Below are positions 1 through 11,146 of a stretch of DNA of 64,000 bases, piece after piece. Within the stretch, counting starts at the first letter, position 1; each line of letters begins with the position of its first letter. The stretch is from Escherichia phage myPSH1131. The stretch is from the sequence record MG983840.1, one strand, 5' to 3'. The notes below the pieces were generated by a model. It was not told the origin of the DNA. It ran no database searches and was given only the letters and a program-made list of their open reading frames with translations. The translations under genes were made by a program, and so were the position numbers.

Positions 1-1
1 T

Positions 2-1060
2 GTTGTAGGTCAAACTGAGGCTCTAGAAAATGGATATGCCGGATACATAGATTTAGCTGACTCAAACGGTAGCTTAGTCGAAATTCTTCCTCTTAAGGAT
101 TATCTATTTATCTATACGGAGTTTGAGACTTACATTGGATCCCCAACTAACAACACATATCAACCTCTAATGTTCAAGAAGCTCTTCAACGACTCTGGAA
201 TCTTAGCACCTGAGTGTGTAGTTGAAGTTGAGAGCGGACATTTCGTGGTCACTCAGAATGATGTTATTCTACACAATGGTGCAACCAAGAAGTCTATTGC
301 ATCTAACAGGGTCAAGAATATGCTTATCAACGAAGTGTGTTTAGTAAACCCTTTGGCTACTAAAGTTCATCTTCACCAAGACAAGAAGGAAGTGTGGATT
401 CTTTATGTAGGACCCGGAGAACCTGCTGGGAGCTTTGCTTGTACGAAAGCCGCTGTATGGAACTATGAGTTTGATACGTGGTCTTTCCGTACAATCCCAT
501 TCTCTCATTGTATTGGTTTAGTCGATCCTCCTACTTTAGAGAAAGGTCCTACTTGGGTTGATTTCCAAGAGTACACTTGGGATGACCCTTCAATCAGTGA
601 ACTTGTGTGGAGAAAGGATTCTACTAACTTCCGTCAGAGAGTTACTGTAGTAGGTTCTTGGATGAAAGGTTTTTACCAAGTGGACATAGGTCCTTATGAC
701 TACTCTTATGATAGGCTGAATGATATTGTTGTCAAAAAGCCCCTAGAGATGAGACTGGAAAGAACTGGTATAGATTTTGACAACGTAACTAATGAATGGA
801 ATCAAAAGCACATAAACCGATTCCGTCCACAAGTAACCGGGTCAGGTACGTACATATTCCAAGCTGGTGGTAGTCAGTATTCGGATCAAGAGGATAGGCA
901 TATTCATAGTGAAAAGTCTTATACAATTGGTGTGGACAGACATGTAGGTGTCCGACTGAACCATCCGTATCTATTCTATAATGTTATAGATAATGATGTT
1001 AACAGTAATGCAGCAATCAATGGTCTAACTATTGAGTTTGCTGTTGGCGGGCGAAGATAA
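2..1060 (+). CDS. virion/tail structural protein, C-terminal part (gene starts upstream of window)
   Basis: Reading frame is open from position 2 to stop at 1060 (track ORF 170..1060 is its internal-Met part); beta-rich composition; sits at head of tail/fiber gene block. Confidence 0.5.
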   Translation, partial: VVGQTEALENGYAGYIDLADSNGSLVEILPLKDYLFIYTEFETYIGSPTNNTYQPLMFKKLFNDSGILAPECVVEVESGHFVVTQNDVILHNGATKKSIASNRVKNMLINEVCLVNPLATKVHLHQDKKEVWILYVGPGEPAGSFACTKAAVWNYEFDTWSFRTIPFSHCIGLVDPPTLEKGPTWVDFQEYTWDDPSISELVWRKDSTNFRQRVTVVGSWMKGFYQVDIGPYDYSYDRLNDIVVKKPLEMRLERTGIDFDNVTNEWNQKHINRFRPQVTGSGTYIFQAGGSQYSDQEDRHIHSEKSYTIGVDRHVGVRLNHPYLFYNVIDNDVNSNAAINGLTIEFAVGGRR

Positions 1061-1110
1061 TACTAAGGGAGCTTCGTGCTCCCTTTTCTTGTTTATTATA
1101 AGGAGGGTCT

Positions 1111-2079
1111 ATGGGTGCTGGTGGCTTTCGTAAGAATACCGGAAGAAACAACACAACACAACCTTATAGTGTGGGCTTTCTAAACACCTCTGAGAGTGTA
1201 GAAACCAATAACGTTGCAATATATGATGAACTCCAGAACATTAGCACTGCAACCAATCAAATGTTCCAAGCTATAGATGAAATCCACGAGGAGATTGATG
1301 TTCGTATTAAAGCTCTTCATGCTATGAATTTGCAATTCGATGAATTAGAGAACCGTGTTACAACAGAGATTGAGACTGCCATTGCAGATATCATAACACA
1401 AATGGGTAATCTATCCACTGATGATATTTGGGATAACTCTGTTCAGCCTCCTGTTAAGTTAGATTCAACTATGTCTGGTATTAAGACTTCTATAGAAGGC
1501 AATACAGCATCTATTCAAACTGTCGAAGGCATTGTCAATGATCAAGGACAAGAGATTGCCCTTATTCAGTCTGATTTAACTAACGGGACAGGTAGTGCTT
1601 CTCAATATATGAAACTCACTGAATATGAAGCTACTTGGGGAGTAAATTCCACAGTAAATGGAAAGACAGCAGGAGTAAAACTGACAAATAATGGTTCTGT
1701 AAGCCAATTCCAAGTCACAGCTGATAAGTTTGTGGTATCTGATGGCACATCAGGAAGTACTCCCTTCAAGGTTGAGAATGGAAGGGCTGTTATGGAGTTT
1801 GCTGATATTACTAATGTCAATATTACAACAGCTCAAATAGCAACAGCTAGGATTGAATGGGCACAGATTGATAATGTTAGTATAACAAATGCACAAATCA
1901 CAAGTCTCTCCGCTGATAAGATAACGGCTGGGTCTATGTCAGGGACTAATTGGCGTCTTACAGTTGGCGGTGACTTTGTTTTAGGTGGAACAGGTGGTGC
2001 ACAATTATGGATGAATGGAAACAGAATAGATTTCTACGACGGAAGTGGTGCTCTAAGAATTAGAATAGGGAGTTGGTAA
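1111..2079 (+). CDS. tail fiber-like protein
   Basis: RBS AAGGAGGG upstream; C-terminal half has short repeats (ITTAQIATARIEWAQIDNVSITNAQITSLSADKITAGS) typical of phage fiber shafts. Confidence 0.55.
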   Translation: MGAGGFRKNTGRNNTTQPYSVGFLNTSESVETNNVAIYDELQNISTATNQMFQAIDEIHEEIDVRIKALHAMNLQFDELENRVTTEIETAIADIITQMGNLSTDDIWDNSVQPPVKLDSTMSGIKTSIEGNTASIQTVEGIVNDQGQEIALIQSDLTNGTGSASQYMKLTEYEATWGVNSTVNGKTAGVKLTNNGSVSQFQVTADKFVVSDGTSGSTPFKVENGRAVMEFADITNVNITTAQIATARIEWAQIDNVSITNAQITSLSADKITAGSMSGTNWRLTVGGDFVLGGTGGAQLWMNGNRIDFYDGSGALRIRIGSW

Positions 2080-2080
2080 T

Positions 2081-3112
2081 ATGGCATATGGAATATGGAC
2101 ACAACCAGTAGGGCCGGGGCCAGCAACCCCCGCTCCCTTGTTTATTGATAGCGGAAGTACTTTCCCTCAGTTCAAGAATAGTATAAGAGGGAGCTTTAAC
2201 TTTAATGGAGCTGGGAGATCTTTCCCTATTAGTGGATGGGATGGCAGTGGTCAGATAGTTATTGTTCCTACCGGTTCTTTATGCTGGCAATGGGAAGTCC
2301 CTCCTAACCTAGTTCCTGATGTTTATTGTGTGAATAATATCTATGTAGAAAACAACTCCTCTTTTAGAGTTACTCTGAATCAGAACCCCGGTAGTAATCC
2401 ACTATTCGATTGTGGGTTCAACGTATATCAAATATGGCCTAGAGCGGATAGGAATTATGGAATTACCTTTTCTAATACAGCAGACTACTTCTCAATATCT
2501 GACAGTGGGGTCGTCGGTCAATGTATTTGGGCTTGGCAGGGGACCATAAACAATGCCCTTCAGATACCAAATATCGGTGGGTTCAATATGACCAATGCTG
2601 TTGTGTTTGCTAATTGGTCTGATGGAGGGGTAGGACTATCTTATACCTCTGATGACAGGGTTATTCGCGTCTATCAGAACAGACCCTATGTCAACGGAAA
2701 CACTAATGAAGGAGGGTCTGTCTTTGCGAGGGTTGCCGTATTCTGTAACGGAGCTGGTGTTCCTGAGCATAATGGAGGTTTGAATATTTACTCTCCGGGT
2801 ACCACACAATGTGTCTTCTCTACTAACAGAACACCTTTCACTGTGGATACTTTTATAGGATCAGGAGGTGGTAACACGGGAATGTCATACCCCATGATAC
2901 CTCTTACCTCTGGGATAGGTGCAATAAAAGGCCGAGGCAGTGGATGGAGATATCAGCAAATGAGATCTCACACAATGAGTGGTTCTACGATAGGAACTGG
3001 CTATGGAAGGTATTTGTTTCAGTGGGATCAAAATTACGACCTAGGAGCTGATACTGTAGTTAATTTATCAGTCCCTGTAATAAATGCAGCTAAGGTTTTT
3101 GCTGGACTATAA
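2081..3112 (+). CDS. putative tail fiber / receptor-binding protein
   Basis: G/N/S/T-rich beta-type composition, immediately follows fiber-like gene with 1-nt spacing. Confidence 0.4.
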   Translation: MAYGIWTQPVGPGPATPAPLFIDSGSTFPQFKNSIRGSFNFNGAGRSFPISGWDGSGQIVIVPTGSLCWQWEVPPNLVPDVYCVNNIYVENNSSFRVTLNQNPGSNPLFDCGFNVYQIWPRADRNYGITFSNTADYFSISDSGVVGQCIWAWQGTINNALQIPNIGGFNMTNAVVFANWSDGGVGLSYTSDDRVIRVYQNRPYVNGNTNEGGSVFARVAVFCNGAGVPEHNGGLNIYSPGTTQCVFSTNRTPFTVDTFIGSGGGNTGMSYPMIPLTSGIGAIKGRGSGWRYQQMRSHTMSGSTIGTGYGRYLFQWDQNYDLGADTVVNLSVPVINAAKVFAGL

Positions 3113-3124
3113 CAAGGAGATATT

Positions 3125-3907
3125 ATGGCAATTAAAATGGGTATTGAAGAACTAGACCCAATGGTTCAACAGGCTTCAAAGAAGTATGGGATTCCTGCTG
3201 CTTTGATTCATGCTGTAATCCAAAGAGAGTCTAGTGGTCGTCCTACAGTAGCTTCTGGAACTGGTCCTGTAGGTTTAATGCAAATCAGTAAAGGGTTGGC
3301 TAAAGACTACGGATATAAATTGGAAGATAGATTGGACCCAGCAAAGAATATTGATATGGGTGCTCGGTATATCAGAGACAACCTAAAAGCTTTTAACGGT
3401 GACGTCAAGAAAGCAATGGTTGGTTATTCAGAAGGTATCGGCGGAGCTAAGCAAATGTTCGCTGGTAAAAGAGGGTTTACTCCACAGGCTCTTGATTCAA
3501 TGAACAATAAACACTTTCTTCCTTTCTATGGTGATGCAGCTTCTCAGATTGCTAACCCTATTGGAGCTTTGCAAGCTGTTCAACCAGTTAACCAGTTTAG
3601 TCCGGATACTCTTGATAGAGAGAAGGCTGCTCAAGCTCCGACTCAGGCAGAAATTGCTGCTTCTAAGACTGGTGCTTTAGGCGGCAATCCAGTAGAGTTT
3701 TACTCTGATGAAGCACAGGAAGGAGAAGATCAGAAGCCTCAACAGAACTTTGGTAATGCAGTATTAGGAGTAGCTGCTATGCTTGCTGGTAAACCTCCTA
3801 CTTCTCAAACAGTTCAGAGGGCAAGTGCACCACATGCAGCAGGTTCTCAGTACAGTCCACAAACACAAGCAGTGCTCAGACGTTTGGCTAGCATTGGTGT
3901 GAAGTAA
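3125..3907 (+). CDS. lytic transglycosylase (SLT domain), probably virion-associated
   Basis: RBS AAGGAGA; motifs QRESSGRP and GLMQI characteristic of SLT-family transglycosylases; located among virion genes. Confidence 0.7.
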   Translation: MAIKMGIEELDPMVQQASKKYGIPAALIHAVIQRESSGRPTVASGTGPVGLMQISKGLAKDYGYKLEDRLDPAKNIDMGARYIRDNLKAFNGDVKKAMVGYSEGIGGAKQMFAGKRGFTPQALDSMNNKHFLPFYGDAASQIANPIGALQAVQPVNQFSPDTLDREKAAQAPTQAEIAASKTGALGGNPVEFYSDEAQEGEDQKPQQNFGNAVLGVAAMLAGKPPTSQTVQRASAPHAAGSQYSPQTQAVLRRLASIGVK

Positions 3908-3926
3908 TAATCGTTAAGGAGGACTT

Positions 3927-4979
3927 ATGTCTTTATTTGGAAAATCAGCTTCTAGCAAAACCACAGTGGCTCCTTCCTCTCAGGTTGATGCCCTGCTGAA
4001 GCAGATTGTTGCTAATGCTCAGAATATGCAGAACAACGATCAGGGTTTTATTTCCCAACAGCTGGCTGGGTTCAATGGCAACCAACAAGGTGCTCTGAAT
4101 AACTTAGCAGCTTCCACAACTCAAAAACAATTGGCTAATATGTACACACCTCGTACACAGCAAGGATTGGACCAACTAAATGCTCTTGCCCAACAGTATC
4201 AGAATATTGTTAATAGTGGTGGAGTGACGGCTGAAGGGGTTAATAACTTTAGTAAAGGTTTGAATAACTCAGCTCTTGCACAAGCTACTAGCAAAGCAGC
4301 TTCTAATGTCTCTCTTGGTAATGGCTCTGACTCTGGCTCTCTCCGTAGGGCTGCGGCTCAAGGGGCTGCTTTGAATGGTGCTAACACTAACCTGTCTCGT
4401 ACTATCAGTGGCAAGAATATGGGGATCAGTGCTCTTCAACAAGACCAAAACTTCCAGAGAGGCTTACTTGGTGCTCAGTCAGGGTTAGCTGGACAGAATC
4501 TCAATCTTGGTGCTCAAGGTGTTCAGGCAACTCAACAGGCTATTCAGAATCAGCTCATGGCTGGTAATTTACAACAGCAGCAAGCTCAGGCTCAAGCTGA
4601 TATCAATTGGCAGAACGCTATTGGCTCTCAGCAGTATGGATGGAATCAGCTTAACAACCAGCTTAATGTACTAAACAGTGTAAGTCCAATGGCTGGATAC
4701 ACAATTAAGAATGCTGCTCCGGGAGTTAATGTTGGACAGCAGCTCCTAGGTGCTGGTATCACTGGATTAGGTATTGCAGGTCGTATGGGTGCTTTCTCTC
4801 CTAATCAACAGACTCAGAATGCTTGGAGTTCCTATAACAACTCAGGTGGGCAATCTGGAATGGCTGGTCCTATGATTGGGGGTTCTAATCTTTCTCAACA
4901 GAGAGGTCAGTCTAACTGGTTATCCACAGCAGGTAGTAATATCTTAGGTGGTGTCTTAGGGGCATTTGGAGCAAACTAA
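3927..4979 (+). CDS. Q/N/G-rich virion protein (putative internal/ejection protein)
   Basis: RBS AAGGAGG; low-complexity Q/N/A/G-rich 350 aa; diverged paralog at 11147..12100. Confidence 0.5.
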   Translation: MSLFGKSASSKTTVAPSSQVDALLKQIVANAQNMQNNDQGFISQQLAGFNGNQQGALNNLAASTTQKQLANMYTPRTQQGLDQLNALAQQYQNIVNSGGVTAEGVNNFSKGLNNSALAQATSKAASNVSLGNGSDSGSLRRAAAQGAALNGANTNLSRTISGKNMGISALQQDQNFQRGLLGAQSGLAGQNLNLGAQGVQATQQAIQNQLMAGNLQQQQAQAQADINWQNAIGSQQYGWNQLNNQLNVLNSVSPMAGYTIKNAAPGVNVGQQLLGAGITGLGIAGRMGAFSPNQQTQNAWSSYNNSGGQSGMAGPMIGGSNLSQQRGQSNWLSTAGSNILGGVLGAFGAN

Positions 4980-4991
4980 AGGAGAATATCT

Positions 4992-5960
4992 ATGTCACTT
5001 TTTGGTGGAGGCGGAAGTAAAACTACTTCCCAAATGATTCGTCCTGAATACATTCAACAGTATATTGACCAGCTTAATAAGCAGATTGGTAATACCAGTT
5101 CAGGGGATTATGTTTATCGAGATAATGTAGGGTTTAATAATAACCAGACAGAGGCACTTAACAACTTAGCACAATCTGGTGCTCTAGGAACTCTCTCACA
5201 GCAGTATATGGATGCAGCAGGTCAAGGGTTAGGGTATCTAGATAATGCCTATAAAGGCTATCAGAGCCTCTCTGGACAAGGTGGGATTACTGGAGAACAG
5301 ATTGGTGCTCTCGCTGGTCAATTATATGATGATGACGCTGTGCAAGCAGCCATTACAGCTAATAATGAACAAGTTCAACAGAATCTAGCACGTAATGCTC
5401 TTCCTCAGTTAGCTCAGCAGTATGCTGGTCAGCAAGGTTCAGGTGCTCGTATGGCTAAATCTTTTGCCCAAGGTGATGCTCTGAATCAGATGCAAGGGCA
5501 AGCAACAGATATTACCAACAGTGCCTATAACTCGGCTATTAGTCAAGCTGAAAGCATTCTCTCTGGTAATAGACAGAATCAGGCAGCTGCTCTCTCTGGT
5601 CTTTCTACTATTGGTTCTAACCTTTCTAACCTAGGTCAGCAGGGTGCTAATTTGTCTCAACAGCAAATGATGAATCAATGGAATGCAGGATTGCAGCAAC
5701 AACAGCAACAACAGAATGAATATGATAATGCCTACCAGAATGCTCAGAACGCAGCTAATTGGGGATGGCAAGATATCAACAACCAACTCGGTGCAGCAGG
5801 TGTACTTAACGGTGCTCTCGGACAAACTACAACCACTAAAACCTCTGGTGGCAAAGGTGGTTTCCTTGGTGGAGCTATGAGTGGTTCAGCAGCAGGCTCT
5901 TCCTTTGGGCCTTGGGGTGCATTAGCTGGGGGTCTAATCGGTGGGTTGGCTAGTACTTAA
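4992..5960 (+). CDS. Q/N/G-rich virion protein (putative internal/ejection protein)
   Basis: RBS AAAGGAGA; Q-rich with poly-Q tract and G-rich C-terminus; paralog at 12504..13472. Confidence 0.5.
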   Translation: MSLFGGGGSKTTSQMIRPEYIQQYIDQLNKQIGNTSSGDYVYRDNVGFNNNQTEALNNLAQSGALGTLSQQYMDAAGQGLGYLDNAYKGYQSLSGQGGITGEQIGALAGQLYDDDAVQAAITANNEQVQQNLARNALPQLAQQYAGQQGSGARMAKSFAQGDALNQMQGQATDITNSAYNSAISQAESILSGNRQNQAAALSGLSTIGSNLSNLGQQGANLSQQQMMNQWNAGLQQQQQQQNEYDNAYQNAQNAANWGWQDINNQLGAAGVLNGALGQTTTTKTSGGKGGFLGGAMSGSAAGSSFGPWGALAGGLIGGLAST

Positions 5961-5973
5961 TTAGGAGATAAAT

Positions 5974-7623
5974 ATGCAACAGACAACTTACGCTCAGGTC
6001 AGAAGTCGTGACCCGAGAAATACTTTCTATGGTGTTAATCCGGGAGCGGCTTCGGCCTCTCCTTATATGGCTAGACCCGTTCAGACAGCAGATATTTCTA
6101 TGTATCAACGACCTGCTGTACCTGCTGGGTTATCTGCTCTTGTAGGTCAAACTTCAGTTGATTATCAGAATATGTTGAATCCTGTTCAGAGTAATGGTCT
6201 TCCTTCTGACATTCCGAATGATGTACAACCTCAATCACAACAGGCTGTAACTCTTCCTGAGTTTGAGAACCAAGAAACCATGCAAGCTGCTGGACTTTCT
6301 CCTTCTGCTATTCCTCAAGAATCAGAACCTCTTCCGGTAACACCTCCTACTAAACCGCTAGAAGCTGGTCCTATGGAGTTTACTCCTTCTCAGGTAGAAC
6401 AGGCACAAGGTGTGATTAACACTCTTGCTCAAGGACAAGACACTGGTGATGGAATGGCTGCTGCTACTCGTGCTAAAGATCAAGAGCGTGTTAACAACGA
6501 TATCTTGCAAGTTGCGAAAGCTAAAGACCCTTCAGAAGCTTGGAACAAACTACAGAAAGAACCATTCTATCAGAACTCTAGTTTCTATACAGGTTTGATG
6601 GGTGTAGGTCTTTCCATTATGTCAGGTAAGTCTCCTATTGAAGCTTTCCAGATTGGTCAGGGAATGGCTAATCAGGATGAGACTAAGAAGCAACTGGAAG
6701 CTAACCGTGATGCCTTGATTGAACAAGGCTTCTCTCAAGACTCGATCGCAGCTGCTATTGCTAACGGAGACCCGTCTCTACTGAAGATGAGAGCTGTAGA
6801 CCCTGCTCAGAAAGAAGCGCTGTATGCTGCTCGTGAAGAACGACAAAATGCTGAATGGGATAGACGTCAACAGATTCAAGAGCAAACTATGCGTGAGCGT
6901 GCTGATGAAACTCGTCGTGCCGCTGAAGAAAGAGCTAACATGAACTTTGAACGTCAGAAAGAGTTGATTGGTTATCGTGATAAGGTTAAGGCTGAACGTG
7001 CTGAACAAGCTGCTCAGAGTTTTAACTTTAACCCGAAAGAAGTTCGTCTTGCTCAGAATACAGCTGAAGGTACGGTTGCTAAGCAGTGGGCAGAGAAAGG
7101 TGGCCTGTTTAACCAGTCTAACAAAGACTTGGATTTGGCTGATAAAGCTGTTAAGGATAAAGACTATCAGACAGCTCGTTCTGCTTACATGCAGGCTATC
7201 ATGAACTCTGCAAGGGCTGAAATCGGTGCTACTCGTTCTCTTACCGAAGAAGACTTAGGGCACTTTGCAGAAGACCCATCAATCTTCGTTCGTGTTGGCA
7301 ACAAGTTTGCACTGAAATCTGGATGGCGTCCTACTGATTCTGCTCTTGCTTATGCTCGTAAGCAAGCTAACGTTGGTCACACCTCTGCAATGAAAGGTGT
7401 TGCTGATGCTAAGAGAGCTACGATTGAAGCTTACATCGGTTCTGGTATGGATAAGAAGAGAGCTACTGCATTGGTTAACCGTGCAATCCCTTCTGGTGGT
7501 TTCTATGACCCTCTAGGTGTTTTCTCTGAACAAGCAGAAGAAGCAGTTGGTGGTGCAGTAACCAATCCTAAGCTTAATGGTGCTTTATCAGCTGTCGAAG
7601 ACACTAGCTGGTTCACTCAATAA
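5974..7623 (+). CDS. internal virion protein (549 aa)
   Basis: RBS TAGGAGA; P/Q-rich N-terminus then charged coiled-coil-like region; truncated paralog at 13486..14319. Confidence 0.5.
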   Translation: MQQTTYAQVRSRDPRNTFYGVNPGAASASPYMARPVQTADISMYQRPAVPAGLSALVGQTSVDYQNMLNPVQSNGLPSDIPNDVQPQSQQAVTLPEFENQETMQAAGLSPSAIPQESEPLPVTPPTKPLEAGPMEFTPSQVEQAQGVINTLAQGQDTGDGMAAATRAKDQERVNNDILQVAKAKDPSEAWNKLQKEPFYQNSSFYTGLMGVGLSIMSGKSPIEAFQIGQGMANQDETKKQLEANRDALIEQGFSQDSIAAAIANGDPSLLKMRAVDPAQKEALYAAREERQNAEWDRRQQIQEQTMRERADETRRAAEERANMNFERQKELIGYRDKVKAERAEQAAQSFNFNPKEVRLAQNTAEGTVAKQWAEKGGLFNQSNKDLDLADKAVKDKDYQTARSAYMQAIMNSARAEIGATRSLTEEDLGHFAEDPSIFVRVGNKFALKSGWRPTDSALAYARKQANVGHTSAMKGVADAKRATIEAYIGSGMDKKRATALVNRAIPSGGFYDPLGVFSEQAEEAVGGAVTNPKLNGALSAVEDTSWFTQ

Positions 7624-7690
7624 GACCTAAGTCCTGCCTTCTATAATGTATATAGGGGGTAGGACATTTTTATTTATAAAAGGAGACGTT

Positions 7691-10600
7691 ATGGCTAACA
7701 TTAAACCGTGGGAAGAAGCTTCCAAAGCTCCTGCGTATCTGAATGCCTCTCCGGAGCAACAAGCTCAAATGAGAGAACAATATAAGGCAGCAGGTGGCTC
7801 TATTCCTGAGGAACAACCAGTAGCACAACCACAACAAGAAGAACGTGGTGCTATAGGTGAGTTTGCTCAAGGTGTGTCAAATGCTCTTCAATCTGGTGGT
7901 GCAAATATTGCAGCTAGTGCTGCTAAAGGTATTGGTGGTTTAGTTGAGATTGGTGAGAATCTAGCTGGAGCACAAACTAGTTATGGTAAGCGTATCCAAG
8001 AGAACTCTCAGAATCTTCTGAAAGAACGTATGGATAAGATTGAGGATGGGATTGGTAAAACTGTCGGTCAGTATGCTGGCGTTGCTGGTGATATCGGTTT
8101 GACAGTTGCTAACCCATTGGCTGCTGCTGCTATCATCGCAGGTCGTGAGACAGGTCGTGCATATGCAGACCAAACCCCTGAAGAGGGAGAAGATAAGTCT
8201 ATTCTAGATGCAGCCTTAGTTGGTGGTGCTAACTATGCGGCTCAGAGAATCCTTCCGGGTGCTGTCGGTACAGCTGAGTCCACACTTGGACGTATTGGTC
8301 AGAACGTTGCTAGTAACGCAGTGGCTGGTGCTAAAGGTGGCGCTCTTGTGGGTGCTGCTGAAGCTCAGAACAAGCATGGAGATGATACAACCTTTGCTAA
8401 TGTATTAGAGGGTGCTATCGAAGAAGGTGCTATGGGTGCTGCATTCGGTGGTGCAGTTGGTGGAGTTCATGGTTTGATTAGCCGTCCAGATTCTGCTGTC
8501 TTCAAGAATACTCCAGAGTATGCGAAGACTGATATTGCTGCTGATGATGAACTAATTCGTAGTGCTAAGAATATTGATGAACTGAAAGAAGCTTACTCTA
8601 AAGCTGAAACTGCTAACGCTGCTTCTGCTCTGAATCTTCTGGATGAGAATGGATTCCGTATTACAGATGCTGTTGCTGTGGATTCTCCTGCTGCTCAGCG
8701 TATTCTTAATACTGACCAAGCTCGTGCTGAGAAAGCTGCTTCTGTTCAGAAAGAACATTCCAACATTCCGGGCCTTAATCCTTTAGCTTCTCCTGCTAAG
8801 ACTCGTGGTAAAGCATTTGCTGATAATGAGCACAACCAGAAGCAGGCTGTTGCTATGAAGGATGCAATGGCTGACTACACCAAAGACAACACGAAAGCTC
8901 TTACAGATGTTCTAGATAACCTAGACCGTGAATTAACTTCTCTCCGAGCTTCTGGTGATTTTACTGGTAGTCCGATTGATATTAAGAATCGTACACAAGC
9001 TGACCGTGATTTCATTGATGCTTACAAGACTTTCTACAATGAAGCAAATCGATTCAAAGCTCGTGAAGGTGAAGATTTTAATAACTTTGTAGAGAAAGCT
9101 ACTGAACTACAGAAGATGGCTGATAATGTTTCTCCAGAGATGAAGAAAGCTATCGGTGGGTTGAAGAAACTGAAAGGTATGCCTGAAGGTTTTAATCCTA
9201 TTCAAGATGCTTATACTCTGAACAATACAGCTAAATTCATGAGCAACCAAGATCGTGGTTGGACTTCCTTGACTGATGATGGATTCCGTGAAGCTTCTTC
9301 ACCTAGTCTGGTAATGAACACTCTTGGTGCTGCTAAGTATGCTCTGAATCGCTTCTCTTCTCAGCGTGCTCGTTCTCAACGTGTTAAGCAACAAGAATCT
9401 AACAGTGAAGCTATCCGCTCTCTTGCTCGTGGTGATTTGGAAGTTGCTCGTGCTAAATCTACTGCTGATGAAGCTCGTGCTAAGATGGAAGAAGAACCAG
9501 TTGTTGATGACATTAAATTTAAGACGCAAAATGACGTAGAAACCGAACCGGTTCGGGAGCCTTCTTCTAGTACTGTGACGGAAGAAAATCTTCCTTCTTC
9601 TACTCCTCAAGAGACTCCTCTTACAGCTCGTGATTTAGTTGCGCAAAGACGCGCTATCCGTCAGGCTGAACAGCGTCGCGCTGAAGAAGAGGCATTGGCT
9701 GCTCAAGAAGCTCCGGTCGAACAGGCTCCACAGGCTGAACCTCTCCCTGCTCGTAACCCTCTAGAGGAGCGTCGTGCAATGGAACAGCAACGTGCTCAAG
9801 AAGAGGCCGCACAGGCTCCAGAACCTACCGTAGAGGAACCAACAGTCAAAGCTGAGCCATTACCTGCCCGTGCTCCTAAAGCTCCTAAGGAAGCTGTACA
9901 GGACGTTAAACCGGCAAGTGGTGTAGAACGTTTAGCTGCTATGTCTAGTGCTGCTCGTCAGGCTACTAAAGATCGTGCAGAACGCTTTGCTCGTTCTCTG
10001 TACTCTAAGGCTGCTAAAGCTAAAGCTACTGCTGAAAACTTCTTGGCTTATAAAGGTGATCCTAAGGAACTGATGCGTCGTATTCGTCAGGAAGATAATG
10101 CTATCAACACTGAACGTCATGAAGAAATGGCTCGTAACCAGTTGGCTTCTCAGCAAGGTATTGCTACTGCTAAGAACAACACTGTACGAACTAATTTTGC
10201 TGAATGGGTTAAGGAACGTGGTCTGCCAGAAGACATTGCTACTAAGGCATTACGTGCTGAAGAGAAAGGTTTAGGTGGGAACGTAACTAACTTGGATAGT
10301 CTGAAACGTCGTGCTGAAAGGTTGTATCAGAAGCAGCGTGAAGATGAGTTTGATAGACTGTACCAACAAGCTCTAGAAGAGAATAAAGCTTTCGATAACA
10401 AGAATGCTCCTAAGCTGGTTGACCAGAAGAAAGAGCTTCAGTCTGAGATTGATACTTTGATTGATGCAGAACCTTTACGTCCTGCTCAGAAAGACGCTAT
10501 GCGTAAATTGATGAATGACTTTGTAGATGGAAAGTTTAAATCTTCAGAGAAGGCTGGTAGGGAAGAGGCTTTGGAAGTTGGTCAGATGAAGGATATTTGG

Positions 10601-11038
10601 GATGGGTTTATTAACACCTATAACAGAGAAGTGAATGCCTTCAACAAAGCTAACAAGAACTCTCAGTACGAAGCTGCTGCTAAGCATTTACAGGCTCGTG
10701 AAGAACGTCTTGCTACACTCAGGAAAAAGGCTCAGGCTCGTTCGGATGCTAAAGCTGCTGTTGAGAATGAACGTAAAACTCTAGAGGCTATTGCAGCTCA
10801 GAAGAGTGAGATTGAGAAGATGATGGAAGGTTTACCTAAACCTGTTCGTGAGGCTCAGGAATCTCGTACACTGAAACAGTTGGCTGCTCACCACGATAAG
10901 AACTCTCCAGTTCCTCCAGAGAAGTTCCGTAGTTACATTGAACGTATCCATAACGCCGAGTCAGACTACCTTGATCGTCAGCGTCGTTTAACTGATGCAG
11001 AGGAAGATGCTCGTCAGGCTAAGTGGAACAAGATGTAG
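7691..11038 (+). CDS. large A/E/K/R-rich coiled-coil virion protein (about 1115 aa)
   Basis: Start chosen at ATG 7691 preceded by AGGAGA (track ORF begins 7646); long charged, Ala-rich sequence; size and position fit an internal core/ejection protein. Confidence 0.5.
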   Translation: MANIKPWEEASKAPAYLNASPEQQAQMREQYKAAGGSIPEEQPVAQPQQEERGAIGEFAQGVSNALQSGGANIAASAAKGIGGLVEIGENLAGAQTSYGKRIQENSQNLLKERMDKIEDGIGKTVGQYAGVAGDIGLTVANPLAAAAIIAGRETGRAYADQTPEEGEDKSILDAALVGGANYAAQRILPGAVGTAESTLGRIGQNVASNAVAGAKGGALVGAAEAQNKHGDDTTFANVLEGAIEEGAMGAAFGGAVGGVHGLISRPDSAVFKNTPEYAKTDIAADDELIRSAKNIDELKEAYSKAETANAASALNLLDENGFRITDAVAVDSPAAQRILNTDQARAEKAASVQKEHSNIPGLNPLASPAKTRGKAFADNEHNQKQAVAMKDAMADYTKDNTKALTDVLDNLDRELTSLRASGDFTGSPIDIKNRTQADRDFIDAYKTFYNEANRFKAREGEDFNNFVEKATELQKMADNVSPEMKKAIGGLKKLKGMPEGFNPIQDAYTLNNTAKFMSNQDRGWTSLTDDGFREASSPSLVMNTLGAAKYALNRFSSQRARSQRVKQQESNSEAIRSLARGDLEVARAKSTADEARAKMEEEPVVDDIKFKTQNDVETEPVREPSSSTVTEENLPSSTPQETPLTARDLVAQRRAIRQAEQRRAEEEALAAQEAPVEQAPQAEPLPARNPLEERRAMEQQRAQEEAAQAPEPTVEEPTVKAEPLPARAPKAPKEAVQDVKPASGVERLAAMSSAARQATKDRAERFARSLYSKAAKAKATAENFLAYKGDPKELMRRIRQEDNAINTERHEEMARNQLASQQGIATAKNNTVRTNFAEWVKERGLPEDIATKALRAEEKGLGGNVTNLDSLKRRAERLYQKQREDEFDRLYQQALEENKAFDNKNAPKLVDQKKELQSEIDTLIDAEPLRPAQKDAMRKLMNDFVDGKFKSSEKAGREEALEVGQMKDIWDGFINTYNREVNAFNKANKNSQYEAAAKHLQAREERLATLRKKAQARSDAKAAVENERKTLEAIAAQKSEIEKMMEGLPKPVREAQESRTLKQLAAHHDKNSPVPPEKFRSYIERIHNAESDYLDRQRRLTDAEEDARQAKWNKM

Positions 11039-11146
11039 TAGAGAAAGACTAGCTTAAAAGAGGAACCTCATGAGGAATAAGAACGAAGATTGTAAGTATA
11101 GTTCAAACCGAGGTCATAATATAATAGATTTCATAAGTATTAGAAT

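Noticed and set aside
5631-5880. Short ORFs antisense to or overlapping the Q-rich virion genes, and similar ORFs throughout both modules (examples: 1602..1820, 6778..7008, 7961..8173, 13143..13337, 46598..46834, 47169..47357)
   Set aside because: They lie inside longer ORFs that have recognisable motifs and ribosome-binding sites, have low-complexity translations, and lack their own ribosome-binding sites.
7691-11038. 1115-aa virion protein as a virion RNA polymerase or tape-measure protein
   Set aside because: No polymerase motifs and far too short for an N4-type virion RNAP; composition fits an internal or ejection protein, so only a generic structural call is made.
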